Shown one piece after another: positions 1 to 12,239 of a stretch of DNA of 33,905 nt (position 1 is its first letter; each line of letters starts with the position of its first letter). The notes under the pieces are model-generated. The model was not told the origin of the DNA. It ran no database searches and saw only the letters and a list, made by a program, of their open reading frames with translations. Both the position numbers and the translations under genes were made by a program. The DNA is taken from positions 1 to 33,905 of the forward strand of contig ADNK01001671.1 of assembly GCA_000320545.1 (NCBI GenBank). The letters are read 5' to 3'. The DNA is from Bigelowiella natans CCMP2755 (taxonomy: Eukaryota; Protista; Cercozoa).

Positions 1-700
1 CACTCTCCCTCCCCCCCCCCCCCCTCCCCCACCCCGCTTCTGCTATAGCAGTATGCGGTAGTACCCCTCTGGAATGACGTAGTCGATCATAGCAGCCAAT
101 ATCCAAAAGGCAGTCTATTTTTGAGAGAAAGAGAGGGAGGTGCATAGACGACATATAGTCAAAGATACATTAGCACACACATGCACACACAAAACAACAA
201 TTACTACTATTACTGCAACTACTACTACTACAACTACTTCTACTATTAAGTACATTACTACTACTATTACTACTACAATTACTACTACTACTGTTACTGC
301 TACTGTCACATACATCTGGTTCGCAAACAAGCAGCAGAACTGCTGCCAGGTAGTTGAGGCATTGGCAATAGCCAATGTCAGGCCGATGTTCGGAAAGAGC
401 GCACAATACAGCCTGATGATCACGCGCGACGACAACGATGATAATTATAACGATAACGGTGAGGATGATGATGATGATGATGATGAAGGGCTATAAAGAA
501 CCAAACGTATTAGTAAGTTACATAGTCATCAAAAAGACGATCTGAATACGATGATACTCGAGTGTGGAACGTAGATGATTACAAAAAAATCATCTATGAA
601 ATGCATTCCTGCTGTCATTGGTATATCTTTGTGCGAACGAGCACACACGCCCACGCGTATTTATAATTGGACATATAATATGGTTACGTATCATATTCTC

Positions 701-741
<41 letters not shown>

Positions 742-2059
742 TTTAGCAGTACGTATAACAATTAGTAGCGAATGGCTACAACAGCTACAACAACAACTAC
801 TACTACTACAACCTTGAGCTGCATAATCCCACTAACTGTGACTTCCTGCTGATCTCCTTTGACCCTGCTACGACTGCTGACGACTCTATTCCTCTTCTTT
901 TTATTCATGCTGCTGCTGCTGCTGACGATACTGCTACTATTACTACTACTACACACACTACTAACACTGCTATTCTTCATATTTTCTTCTTTGCTTCTCC
1001 CGTCAAGCTCTCCATGCTGTCGCTTGGTTTCTAATTCACCAGATATGCTACTAGTGACGGTTATATCATCCTTTCTCTCATTTTCTTCCTCCTCCTTCTT
1101 CTCTTTTCCCCCCCCCCCCTTCTTCTCAGTGCCTCTTCCTTGTACTGCTTCATCAGAGCCTAGACCTTCTTCCTTGTTGTCCTTGCCATCTTCGTTCTTC
1201 CTCCTCCCCCCTCCCCCATCGTTTCCACCACCATTAGAAGCAATCTGGTCATTTCCGCTGCTGCTCTCCGCCCCCTCCTTCCTCCTTCTCCGCCTCTTAT
1301 TCTTCCTCCTGCTTCTTTTTTTATTCTTCTTTTTCTTCTTCTTCTTCGCCGCCGCTCTCTGCCTCTCCCTCCTAGAGTCTGCAGTGATAATGAATGTAGC
1401 TGTGCTTTCAGAGAAGTGGGGGTGCATGGGGAACGTGCGGCCTAGGTCCTTGTTGATCTCGCTGAATACGCGTCGTGCGCGCTCTGCATCGCCCTCTTTC
1501 TTCGTCTTCTTCCGTGATGAGTCTTCGTTCTTGGGAGCAGAGCCGCCGCCATGAGCGCCCTGCTTAGAATCGGCCTCTCTAGCTGACGTTGCAGACGATG
1601 ACAACGACGAGGACGACGAGAGCAGCGATGAAGTTTTGGCGACGAGACGGAAGAATTCCTTGAGTCTTTCTTTGAAATACCTGTATTATTATTATTATTG
1701 TTATTATTATTATTATAGTTGTTGTTATGTGATGGAGGCGGAGGAGCCGATGACGACATGGAAAAGAAAAAAAGAAGGTGGCCGTGTCAAATAACGCAAC
1801 AAATGGGAAGGAGGTGGGGGAGGATGCATCGTCCTAAAAACTATCATCATCATCATCATCGTCGTTATCATCATGAAATTGCTTTGCATTACTTAGGTCC
1901 CAAATCGCCTCTCAACTGTGCGGCAGCAGACGCCGCAAACCAAAGCTCCTCTCGCAATGGATCCGGAAGGCTACGCACGTGTTTCGTGCACACACACACA
2001 CACACACACACGATTAATACATATATATTATATTGATATAAGATGTAATATGAGAGAGA

Positions 2060-2103
<44 letters not shown>

Positions 2104-4095
2104 CATATGCTCACAGCAGCTCAGACGTACCGTCCTTTCAACGCTAAACTCCGCAGCTTTGAGTGTGCGACAGGCGGGGCCATCCTTCTCCCCACTCTAT
2201 CCATAGATCCAACCAGACTGAACAAAAATAGAGGGGGGGGGGAAAGGGGGTGGCGGCGTTGGTGGAGAAGGGAACTTGAGAAGATGCTGAATGATTATCT
2301 TTCCATGCACTACAACATCATAAGATGACCCTACCCTGCAAGTCCTTCCGATGGCTTCCTAACAAACCCAACAAGCCCTGCGACAACAAACACCGCCACA
2401 TCATTAAACGCGAGCCTCTTTTAAACGATGGTGTAGAAACACGGCAGCACTCTCGATAAATGCGGATCATGCCATCATGCCCAACAATGGGGCCAAACTA
2501 ACTCCATCCTCGCTACCATCGCTGCTGCACCAGCAGCTCTCGATAGATACCAGCAATACGAATTTTGTTCTTTCTTTGCATTGTGCATTGATCTGCTCCT
2601 GTCTAAAGCCGACCTGTTCCGAGGCCATTGAGAAACCCTTGGACGCCGCCATCTCTCGCCCCTAGAATCGGGTCTAATATAACCCCCCCCACACCCTCCG
2701 CAATTCCCTTGCCAAACTCGGCGAATCCCGCCGATATTGAATCGCGCCTACTGTGGGGGGGGGGGGGGGGAGGAGAGGATGGACATGTCGGTGGACGGTG
2801 AAAATGCATACACGCCGGGGGAAGGATATCGTTCACGAACAGATCAATATGATGTGATTGTTCTACAGCTTATAGTTATCCGCCGCATCTGGCTTACCTC
2901 CTCTGATGTGCGGGAGAAGTCCCCGCTCCTAGCCGCTTGAACGTGCTCTCTACATCTGCTACTATCTCGTTCTCGTCGTTGGTTGCAGGGGTGGTGAGGT
3001 CATTGCTGCAGATGGCGTTTTTGCGACTACGCTCATTGCTGCCTGCTGCCGCCGCCCCCATGCCCCCAAGACTTCTGTCTGGGGGATCGCGTGGTGGCTT
3101 GGTGGACGGGGGCGGGGGCGTTCTATTCCCCGCATGTCGCTTACGTCCTACCCCCTTCCTGTCGCCCGTCACTGTGCTATTTTTGTCGCTGGATGGGCCT
3201 GGACAATATTATCTAGAGTAAACACGTCGTGATGGATTGATCTCTTCTATCAACCGGCGCGATCTCAAAAACACGAGCAGTTCTGCCAATAGACTAGTCC
3301 CCCCCCGCTCTCCTCCCCCCGTGTTGCCCAGGAGCTTGTCTTACCACCTTTGCTACTCCCCTCCTTGAGCTGCTTGCAATGTGGGTTGAAACCTTTTGTT
3401 TAATGGAAGGGAGGGAGAGAATGACGTCGGAGGTCGGGGCGAGGGGGGGGGGGGGGCTATTGTTTGACAATCGATATTGCTATATCTCCGCTATTACGGT
3501 CTTCTCCCCTCTCCCTTCCCCACACATCCATATCCCTGTTAGTGCCCCCATGGCACTACCTACTTCTACTATTACTACTTCTACTGCTACTTCTACTACT
3601 ACTGTCACTTCTACTACTACTACTTCTACTACTACTTACTTTCGCGCATCCAGCCATCGATAATCGCATGCCAGAGGTGCGGAGAAGGCGTGGCTATGGT
3701 CATGGAGGCGTCAAACAACGTGCGACGTAACGCATCGTCGATAGGAAAGCCTGGGATAATGGCAGGGGAGTAGGGGTTATTGAGAGGAAATGCACGTGCG
3801 TTCTTCAAACTGAAATATCGGCACATTGTTGTTTCTTCCTCCAACCCAATAATAATAATCTACACCATTTTCGTGGGTTCGTTGTTTGCTTGACACTGAT
3901 CTACCATGCATATGTAAACAATATTAAAAACAACCACACAGCACCCTTTACCCCCATCCATCACTACCGTAGTTGTTGGACAATCTCCATCTATCACACG
4001 GCCTCTGGTGCATGAAAACGCCTCCCCCCCCGTCTTCCAGAGGTGAAGGATAATTTCCCTCCCCGCCTACACCGGTGCAGCCTAAACACAGAAAT

Positions 4096-4142
<47 letters not shown>

Positions 4143-4339
4143 CTGCTGATGATATCGAAAGAGGCCGCAAGATTCTATTTTCTCTGTTGTTGGGTTGTTC
4201 TCCTTCCCCCCCCCCCGTCAATTTGTTGTAAAATACAATTCAGTACTACTCGTTCGAATCCTAGGGGCAGCAAAGTAACCCTCGATTAGCTCCGGAGAGC
4301 GTCCCTCTGGCCATGCCTGGAGGATATATCAATAGTCAA

Positions 4340-4385
<46 letters not shown>

Positions 4386-7300
4386 AGATGGCGGAGAGCA
4401 GTTTATGACAAACTATGGTTTATGAGGCCTCGAGGCATGCGGGTGCGAGAGATGGGAAGGGAGGAAAAGTTAAACAAAGCAGCGTGTAAAAACTGGAGCA
4501 TTTTAGTTTTGGACGAAAATCAGTGCTATTTATGGCATCGATGCGTACCTGCACAGGGGGGGGCAGGTCAGAAAAGCGCCTCGGCATAATCCCAATAGAT
4601 CTTGTCATCGTGGAGCTTTTGTCGTGTTGTAATGCTCTTCGTGCATCCATTGACCCTCCGAAGCTGTGACCTACTTTCATGCCTTGGGAAAACCGGTACT
4701 CGTATAGGTTCCCGGCACTGGTATCACGGGGGGGGGGGGGGGGGGGGGAGAATGGGAGAGTGAAGAATGAAATGCGGTATGGGTATAGTGGCGATGATGT
4801 AGATAATGATGGTGATATTTCATGTCGTCTTTTTAATGGCCTAGATTTCTAGCTACCACCATCATCAAAGAAGACATGTGATGAGAATCAACTAAGACTA
4901 AAGAGAGGTGTCGCTGTACGTCTCCTTGTGGTTCTAACATTGACAAATATTACGACAATAAAACTTATCATCATCATCATCATCATCATCATCATAATTG
5001 TCATTATTAGATCTACTGCGCCGCTGTCTCACCGACCTCGTATGCTGCTTATTCTTGGTGATAGTTTTGGAATAGGCTCGATTCTTCCTCATCCTATTAG
5101 TTGTTCTCTGCTTCTGATCTCGATGTTTCTTCTCCAGATAACGAATCTGCGGCGCGTTCCTTTCACCCGAGCCCCGTCGCGCTCGATTCCCGTCCTCGCC
5201 GATCTCTGTCCTCCCCCTCGTCGCGCCATACCGTTTTCTGGTTAGCGATAGAGCTCGGGGAGGGGGGGAAGGCTGGCGATTCATGATATGTTGGTAGGGG
5301 CGGTGTCTTTCTTGTCCCCCGCTTCCTCTTAGTTTCCCATCTTTGCTGAAAGGGGAAGAGCCTGATGCTACGGCCGCGGCAGTCTCAAGGGAAGAGCGCG
5401 ACCCTACGGAGGAGCTCTGAATACAGCGAAAAAAGGTTGCCATACAGTAAGAAGAGCCGCAGTAACGATAGCAGCGGCAATTGCAGTAGGGTGAGAGGAG
5501 GGGGGGGAGGAGGAGGAGGAGCATAGAGGGCGAGGGAAGGAAATGGGCTAGAAGAAGCGCAGAATTTTACAAACACTTCATCGATTTACACCCTTATCAT
5601 CATCATAAAAAGATCACGTTTTGTCCGTAAAGCGACTACGCTGTATGGGATCGAGAAAAGTAGGTGTGTTTTTTAGTTATCCTTTGTAACCCTCCACCCG
5701 CCCCCCCGCCCACTCCCTATTTAAGCCTACGTACTCTTGCCAGTCTCCTCGGGTTATCGATTGACCTTCCTCCTCCATCGAATCGATCGTAGTTGCCTTC
5801 CTCATAATGTACATTGCTGGTGGAAGTAATAGACGAAATAGCCTTTGGCCGCCCCTTGCCCTGCCCTCCTCTCCCCCCCCCTTTTTCTTCTGCATCCCAT
5901 ATAGCGATTTCCTCTCTCCCATCGTGGACATCGTCCTCTTCATCAGCTATGATCATGTCGTCTTCGGAGAGCAAGAGCAGCTCTTCCTCCTCATCCTCCT
6001 GCTGCTGCTTTCCTTCCGCTCCCTTCGCAAGCCCTTCCCTCACCCCATCTTGACTAGCGGCTGTGTTGTCCCCTGTGTCCCTCCTCCTCCCAGTAACGAG
6101 GTCCAGGGGCGATGTGTTTAGGAGGTGGGATGTGCGCTCTTGGAGGCTGTTGAGCTGTCGTAGTCGACATAGCAGATAATACAAGGCGTTAGAGCATTTC
6201 CTTTCCCATGCATCCATCCGCCAAAAATACCGCTAATTCTGTGTTTCCCGACCTGGAGATTTCATTCTCATTCATATCCTGCACTTTCTACAACCTCCCC
6301 TCCCCCCCCCCCTTCGCACTCAAACCTCTCTTGTATAATAATACCAAGTCGGTGAAGTGATCGATGTACGTTGAGGGGGCATGGGCTGGGCGAAAGTACG
6401 ACGAATGCGTTTCTGACCGTCGGTGTAACTAGAAGCGTAGCGTTATTGAAATTAGCAAGGGTAAGATTTAGGAATAATTCACAAGAGAGACATTTCCATA
6501 TGGTTTCAGAAAACAACGATGCTCTATTTTTAGCGGTTCCGCACAACGACGACCATCGCTTTCGATGTGGAAAATACGCATCCTCAAAGGCGAGGTGTTT
6601 TTCACTTGCTTACGTGCTGCTCAGCACATATCCCAAAAAAAACCATATTTCTATATAAGTACTCTGCAGCGAGACTGCAATAATGAGCATTTTGCTTTCA
6701 GGAGCTCCCCCCAACTCCCTGCCTTCATTTTCGTACCGATTTGCGCATAGTCGGTTTCCCATCAGGATTCTCCCCCACTCCAATCTCGATCGTAGAAGAT
6801 TCCAGAGAGGAATGAGGGCGCCTATGTACTCCCCTTGGGAATACATCCTTTACTTGGAGCTTGTCTTCTTGCGAAGATGCTGTCGATACGTAACCAGGGG
6901 GGGGCGAGACCGCCGACACCCATTTCCCCTCTGCTTCTCCGGTCCCCCCTTTGTCGTCGCCCGTGGAAGAAGGAAGAAGCTGAAAGCAAGGTGTAAAGGA
7001 GTAACATGACGATTCTGTGGATTGGACTTTCTTGCATCAACAGGTACTCTACGCAAATTGCCAGGGGAGGAAGGCAGCCATGATAAATAATCAGGATAGG
7101 GATAAGCCGGTGGAAGATGGACCTCTGCGTTGATTTCCTCCTCATTACCACGTGCGACGGATGATGAGACTGCGTTTCGAAGGAAGGAAGTTCTATTGGA
7201 ACTATTAATATGCGAGGGGGCCTGTTGTTGCGCATGTTGTTCATCCGCACACACAGGCTCCAAGATAGCCACACCCTTGCTCGTTGCTAGCGAAATCCAG

Positions 7301-7976
7301 CCCTGGGGGGGGGAATAGGGTCAGTTGAATTTAACAGCCCGAGCTGCATTGCATCTAAGCATAGAAAGGAAAGATAGTATTTACCTGGAGAGGAGTTGTC
7401 ACCCGTCCACGGCGACCGAACTTTTCCACGATCTCAACCACTGTTCCAGGAGGGATGATCTGATGAATGAAGCAGCGCGAAACCAAGCGCAAAGCACTCG
7501 TTAATGACAAAGCCGCGTAGAACAGAAATACGATCCAGCCAAAACTACTGAGAAGGCATGCCGAGCGGAGATAATTTGGAGGTATGAATGGAATTGAAAC
7601 ATTGATTGTAATAAGACTCAGAGCTGGCGATCCTCGCTCTACTTACCCCAGCCATATTGGAGGATAAATCCATATCTTCCCGCACAATAGCCCCGCCTGC
7701 CCAGATGACACGAAAGGACGACGATCTTTCCTGCGTGGCCTCCTGCTCATCCTGTTAGGATGTTTGAAAGGAAGAAGGAAAATAATATTAAAGGAAGAAT
7801 CGCCGTACTCATGACTGTTTTGGAGTGATTGGAGTTCATGTTCGCAACCAAAAAAGCTATTCTTCAAACATTCAGAGTTGTGTAGAAATGCATCGTCAAA
7901 ATGTATCCAAAAGCTAAATGCCATTTCGATGCTCTTTTACGATGCTAAGGCTCTGGCGAACCTTTTTCGTCTTCAT
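1..7976 (-). CDS. Multi-exon TBC-domain Rab GTPase-activating protein with N-terminal SH3-like module and VPS13/ATG2 C-terminal-like Gly-rich segment; 3' end outside window, start codon tentative
   Basis: Phase-consistent GT-AG exons 2614-2750, 2335-2377, 2131-2217, 1893-1970, 813-1680, 314-412, 57-114 splice to KGRLPDPLREELW...EINKDLGRTFP (IxxDxxRT Arg finger)...GIMQLKAVLCALSEHRPDIGYCQCLNYLAAVLLLVCEPDTAFWILAAMIDYVIPEGYY (YxQ Gln finger). Upstream exons can be joined in phase up to 7751. The putative first exon MKTKK (7962-7976) is uncertain. Confidence 0.8.
7250..7751 (-). other. SH3-like beta-barrel module at the N-terminus of the TBC gene
   Basis: Exons 7647-7751, 7385-7459 and the exon starting at 7302 splice to FRVIWAGGAIVREDMDLSSNMAGIIPPGTVVEIVEKFGRRGRVTTPLQGWISLATSKGVAILEPV, matching the SH3b-like pattern VR..S..G..V.v.e..GRR....P..GWxS. 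Confidence 0.65.
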
Positions 7977-8646
7977 CAGCGCCCACAATGAAGGTTTCTT
8001 TCTCAGAGCAGAATCTTCCGTTCCCGCAAATTCAATGGCATTCCATATCGCTAATCTTCCGGGAAGTACGGAAGAATTCTGGTCAAAGGCTCGAGAGGGC
8101 GGAGGGTGAGCCTTTCTCCGGATGAGGCAGGAATTTCAGTCTGACACCCCGGCTTCGAAAATCGTAAAAATAGGAGAAAGTAATACGACTTTGTCTTGCG
8201 ACATGGTATTATTTTCATTTATTCAACATCTGATGAGTTGATGCCAAAAGAGAAATCGCTCACATTTCATATCCATCTTTGTCAATCCCCGGTAGTAACG
8301 AGCACATTCGCTGTGTCAGCAACGCAAGAGCGATCAGGAAACACAGTCAGGTTTTATTTCCATCGAGAAAATAACCCAACTACCCCACTATGTAATCAGG
8401 AAACTATGGTCAGTTCTTGAGTTATGCTTCCGCTATACCAATACATATTCTTGATATAGTTGGGATTATTTATGTTCTAAATAAATCGCCACCGATCCGA
8501 CCGGAATATCAGCGTAGAACTGGCGCCCGGTTTGGGGGGGTTGGAGGCAGCGATATCGAATCATTCTTAAGAGGAACGCGTGCGCTGCTTGTTCGCCTTC
8601 ACGCATATCGCCCTTGCATCGCCCCTAGGCAAACTGACGGGGCGGT

Positions 8647-9483
8647 ATGGGGATGCTCGAGGATTTCCAGAAAGGCCCTGCAGCTCTGACAGCTTGCGTA
8701 GGCGTTTTCACCTTCATCATCCTCTACGTGTATTGCTCCGTCAAGAAGCAGAAGAAGGACCCGTGGGTTTCCGATCACATTCGGGTGGACGATGGGGGAC
8801 TAAGGGCTGCTGTGTTCGGATTCAGTGATGGGTGTGTCTCGAACGTGTGCCTCATTCTCGGCGTGTTCTTCAGCATGAGTGAGGAGTCGGAGGCGATTCA
8901 GTCGAAGTCCGTAGTCATCAGTGGCTTAGCAGGCCTCCTGGGGGGGGCATGTAGCATGGCATGCGGGGAGTGGGTATCAATGGTGGCGCAAAAGCAAGGG
9001 CTGGAGTCGGAAATCAAGGTAGAGAGGAGACACCTCAAAGAATACGAGAAAGAGGAGCGAAAGCTGCTCAAGTCCGAGCTCGAGCGCAATGGACTATCAC
9101 CGGAGACGGCTGAGGCTGTGATCAAGGATCTTTCGAAACAAGGGGAGGAAAAGATGTTGTTGTTCCACACCAAGATGGTCCTTGGAATCGACAGCGAGGA
9201 GCTGGGCTCTCCCTTTAAGTCGGCGGCGTTTTCGTTCCTTTGCTTCGCGATCGGTGCATTAACACCTCTTATCCCGTGGATCTTTCTGGAGGATCAGATG
9301 CAGGCTTTCCAGTGGACAATTATCATGGTAAGCTTCGCGACTGTAGCTGCGGGCAGCCTTCAGGCACAATACAGTCATCGAGGGGTGATTTGGGTGTCGT
9401 GTCGCCAATTGTTAGTGATGTGCATCAGCGCCGTACTCAGCGTATATTCAAGCTATCTAACCTCGGGGAAAGTTGTGTCGTAG
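8647..9483 (+). CDS. VIT1: VIT1/CCC1-family vacuolar Fe2+/Mn2+ transporter, intronless, 278 aa
   Basis: Single ORF with LRAAVFGFSDG, GLAGLLGGACSMACGEWVS, a charged cytosolic segment, and ELGSPFKSAAFSFLCFAIGALTPLIPW; extra N-terminal hydrophobic helix. Confidence 0.93.
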   Translation: MGMLEDFQKGPAALTACVGVFTFIILYVYCSVKKQKKDPWVSDHIRVDDGGLRAAVFGFSDGCVSNVCLILGVFFSMSEESEAIQSKSVVISGLAGLLGGACSMACGEWVSMVAQKQGLESEIKVERRHLKEYEKEERKLLKSELERNGLSPETAEAVIKDLSKQGEEKMLLFHTKMVLGIDSEELGSPFKSAAFSFLCFAIGALTPLIPWIFLEDQMQAFQWTIIMVSFATVAAGSLQAQYSHRGVIWVSCRQLLVMCISAVLSVYSSYLTSGKVVS

Positions 9484-10089
9484 CACGAGGAGAAAAATTA
9501 ATGCCAGCCCTGGCTAGCGCATCGCATTGTAGGCATCGCTAAGTCCTTTGACTGCACCGTTTCTGGGTGTGCAGTGACGTGCGGGAAACGCCTTTCACTC
9601 AACAAATTTAGTGTATTATATAGTTAAAGTATATGTATACTGCGCTTCGGGAATTGCATTTCGTTGCATGATCGAAAATTTTGGTTTGCACTTGGAAGCA
9701 CAGTTTGCATTGATCGATTGTTCATGTATGGATCGACTTCCCCTTCAGATAGAGCTAGACGCATTTACGTCGTATGATACAGTGTAGCATGCACAAATGA
9801 GAAGAGCGCGCGGCGTGTAGGCTTGCATAGGCAGCCAATAATGCCAGAACAAGAACATCGTGCATTTAGGACGCATGTTAAGGTCTAGCTCATGCATGTA
9901 CTAGCCAATATAACGACCGCTGCTACTGGCTCATTTTATTCGATCAGAGTGCAGAACTAACTAGGAATAATATACAGTTATTATATCGGCAAAGGCTACT
10001 GCGCAATGACAATGAGCAATCTTTCTGTATTACACAATGATCTAATTGACGATTCAAGAAAATCTAGCAAAGGCCAATACTCGATGCCT

Positions 10090-10693
10090 CTAATCCTCTT
10101 TCAGTTTCGCCTCTATTTCCTCTAATGAGAGGCCTCTGGTCTCTGGAACCTGAACAACGGATTATTACCATTATATTTTGTCGTCTCCTTTCAATATGAA
10201 GGCGAAACCATAACGTTTACCTTGGCGTTCTCGAAGGCAAGAGCAAACAGCGCAATCACCGCGAACTATACACAATGAAAACAGTAAGGGGTATCAACAT
10301 AAACCGCGGGACCAAGAATGTATGTGCTTTTCATTGTGCCGCATAGATCGAAGCAAAAACAAAAATATTAAAAAAATAAAATATGCCATAGCGTCTTAGA
10401 GAAATACAAAGAAGTTTCATCTTCCATTCGTGACGAGTAACACGAAGTCTGTTGTTAGTTGGAAACGAATCTGCTGGAGTTGTGGAGAGGAAAGTTGTAT
10501 TAAAAGAAAGACCCCCGCTGTTTCTGCTACTGTGATTATATCCTGCCTACTCAACGTTACCTGTGCAAAAAGTGCCGCCTCTCCTACCTTCTCTCGCTCA
10601 AACTCGAAGAGCGCACTCACCTTTTTAGACACAAACCACACGAATAGCACGCAAATATTATACAGAGATTTTAGACAGCATACACACACACAC

Positions 10694-10756
<63 letters not shown>

Positions 10757-11869
10757 CCAGAAAGTTACTGGCGAAGTTAGAAAGAGTGCCGATGGAAAGG
10801 GCCGTCGAGCGCACTCTGAAGAAGCATATGACAGATATCACATCATAACGTTGACAGCACACAAAGTCATCGAATCATCGCTGCTGGTTGCACGCATACT
10901 TAAGCGGAAATATTTCGCTGAGAACGAGCCACGTGACAGGCCCAAAGCCGATCTGATAGAATCTTGACCAAAAATATCATCATTAGCTACTTCACGCCCT
11001 TCTTACAGATATCACGATAATAATCGGCAGTGTGTTGTTTGTGCTCCGCTACCCTACAAATGCGACGACGCAGGCCAGCACGGCGGTGGACGATGGATCA
11101 TCTGCGTGTTCAAGACATACATTATCATTGATCTACGCCTTTTCACATCAACTAAACTTGCAAAATGCGTGCGATATATATGTTAGCACTGCACCTCCAC
11201 CAGCCTGAGCAAAGATGGCGCTGAGGTCAGCAAATGTTTCAGTCAGTACTAAAAGCAACGCAATTTCGCTAGCGTGCACAGAAACTCGCTTGCTCCTGAG
11301 CCCCCCCCCCATCGCCCGTAGTCCCCGCACAAAAAGACACATCCAAGTGCACACCGTGATCAATTTCTAATGGTGCAGTAGAACCTGAGTGCTGCAAGCG
11401 AGGCTGTCATCCCAGCAGTACCCGTCAGGAGCAGCGGCCTCCTTCCCCACCTTGGAACCAACACATATTTCCGTCACAACAGTCGCAGAACGACCTCATT
11501 TCGAGAGCTCAGCGTCCATCGATTTGAGGAGCTAGTCGTTATTACTAAGCTATACAACTTAACGAGTTCTAAAAAGTCGTGTTAAGTTGTAGGAGGACGT
11601 TAAGCGTAGTGGTTTCATATTCTATACTTGGTTTCATGCGGTTTTATGTCTTTTAATACCCTATGCCCCGCGCGCACGCACGCGTGTGCGTATGTGTATA
11701 TGCATATATGTTTATGTTTGCTTGTAGGAAGGGTTAAAAGGAAGAGTCACTACATACTTTGGATCCTCTACCAAGGCAACGCTCACCTAGCGAGAACACG
11801 CACAAGGCGACGTGTCGTCAATGAAAACAAACCGATTAAGAAACCTCTGCCTTTCGTGGTGAAGGCGTT

Positions 11870-11907
<38 letters not shown>

Positions 11908-12208
11908 CGCGCGTGTGCGGTTGAAGCTCATCAATATCTCTTTTATCTGGGGGAAGCAGCGTCATGATCGTTTTGAATATTCCAACGCCTACAGCAGCCT
12001 GCAGTAGTAAAAACAGGCAGATCCATCAAATATATATTGAGAATCATATACCCTTACTAACACGCACGCACGCACACACACACACACACACAACACACAC
12101 ACACACACACATACATATTACAGCACATTTATGTGCCGCTTAGGAGCATTATTGTCAATATTATTACTATTACTATTACTATTATTATTATCATTATTAT
12201 TATTACTT

Positions 12209-12239
<31 letters not shown>

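Noticed and set aside
115-1554. Long ORFs such as 115-435, 140-496 and 859-1554 with poly-V/T/L/F runs resembling membrane proteins
   Set aside because: Translations of intronic trinucleotide repeats or the antisense strand of the charged TBC exon.
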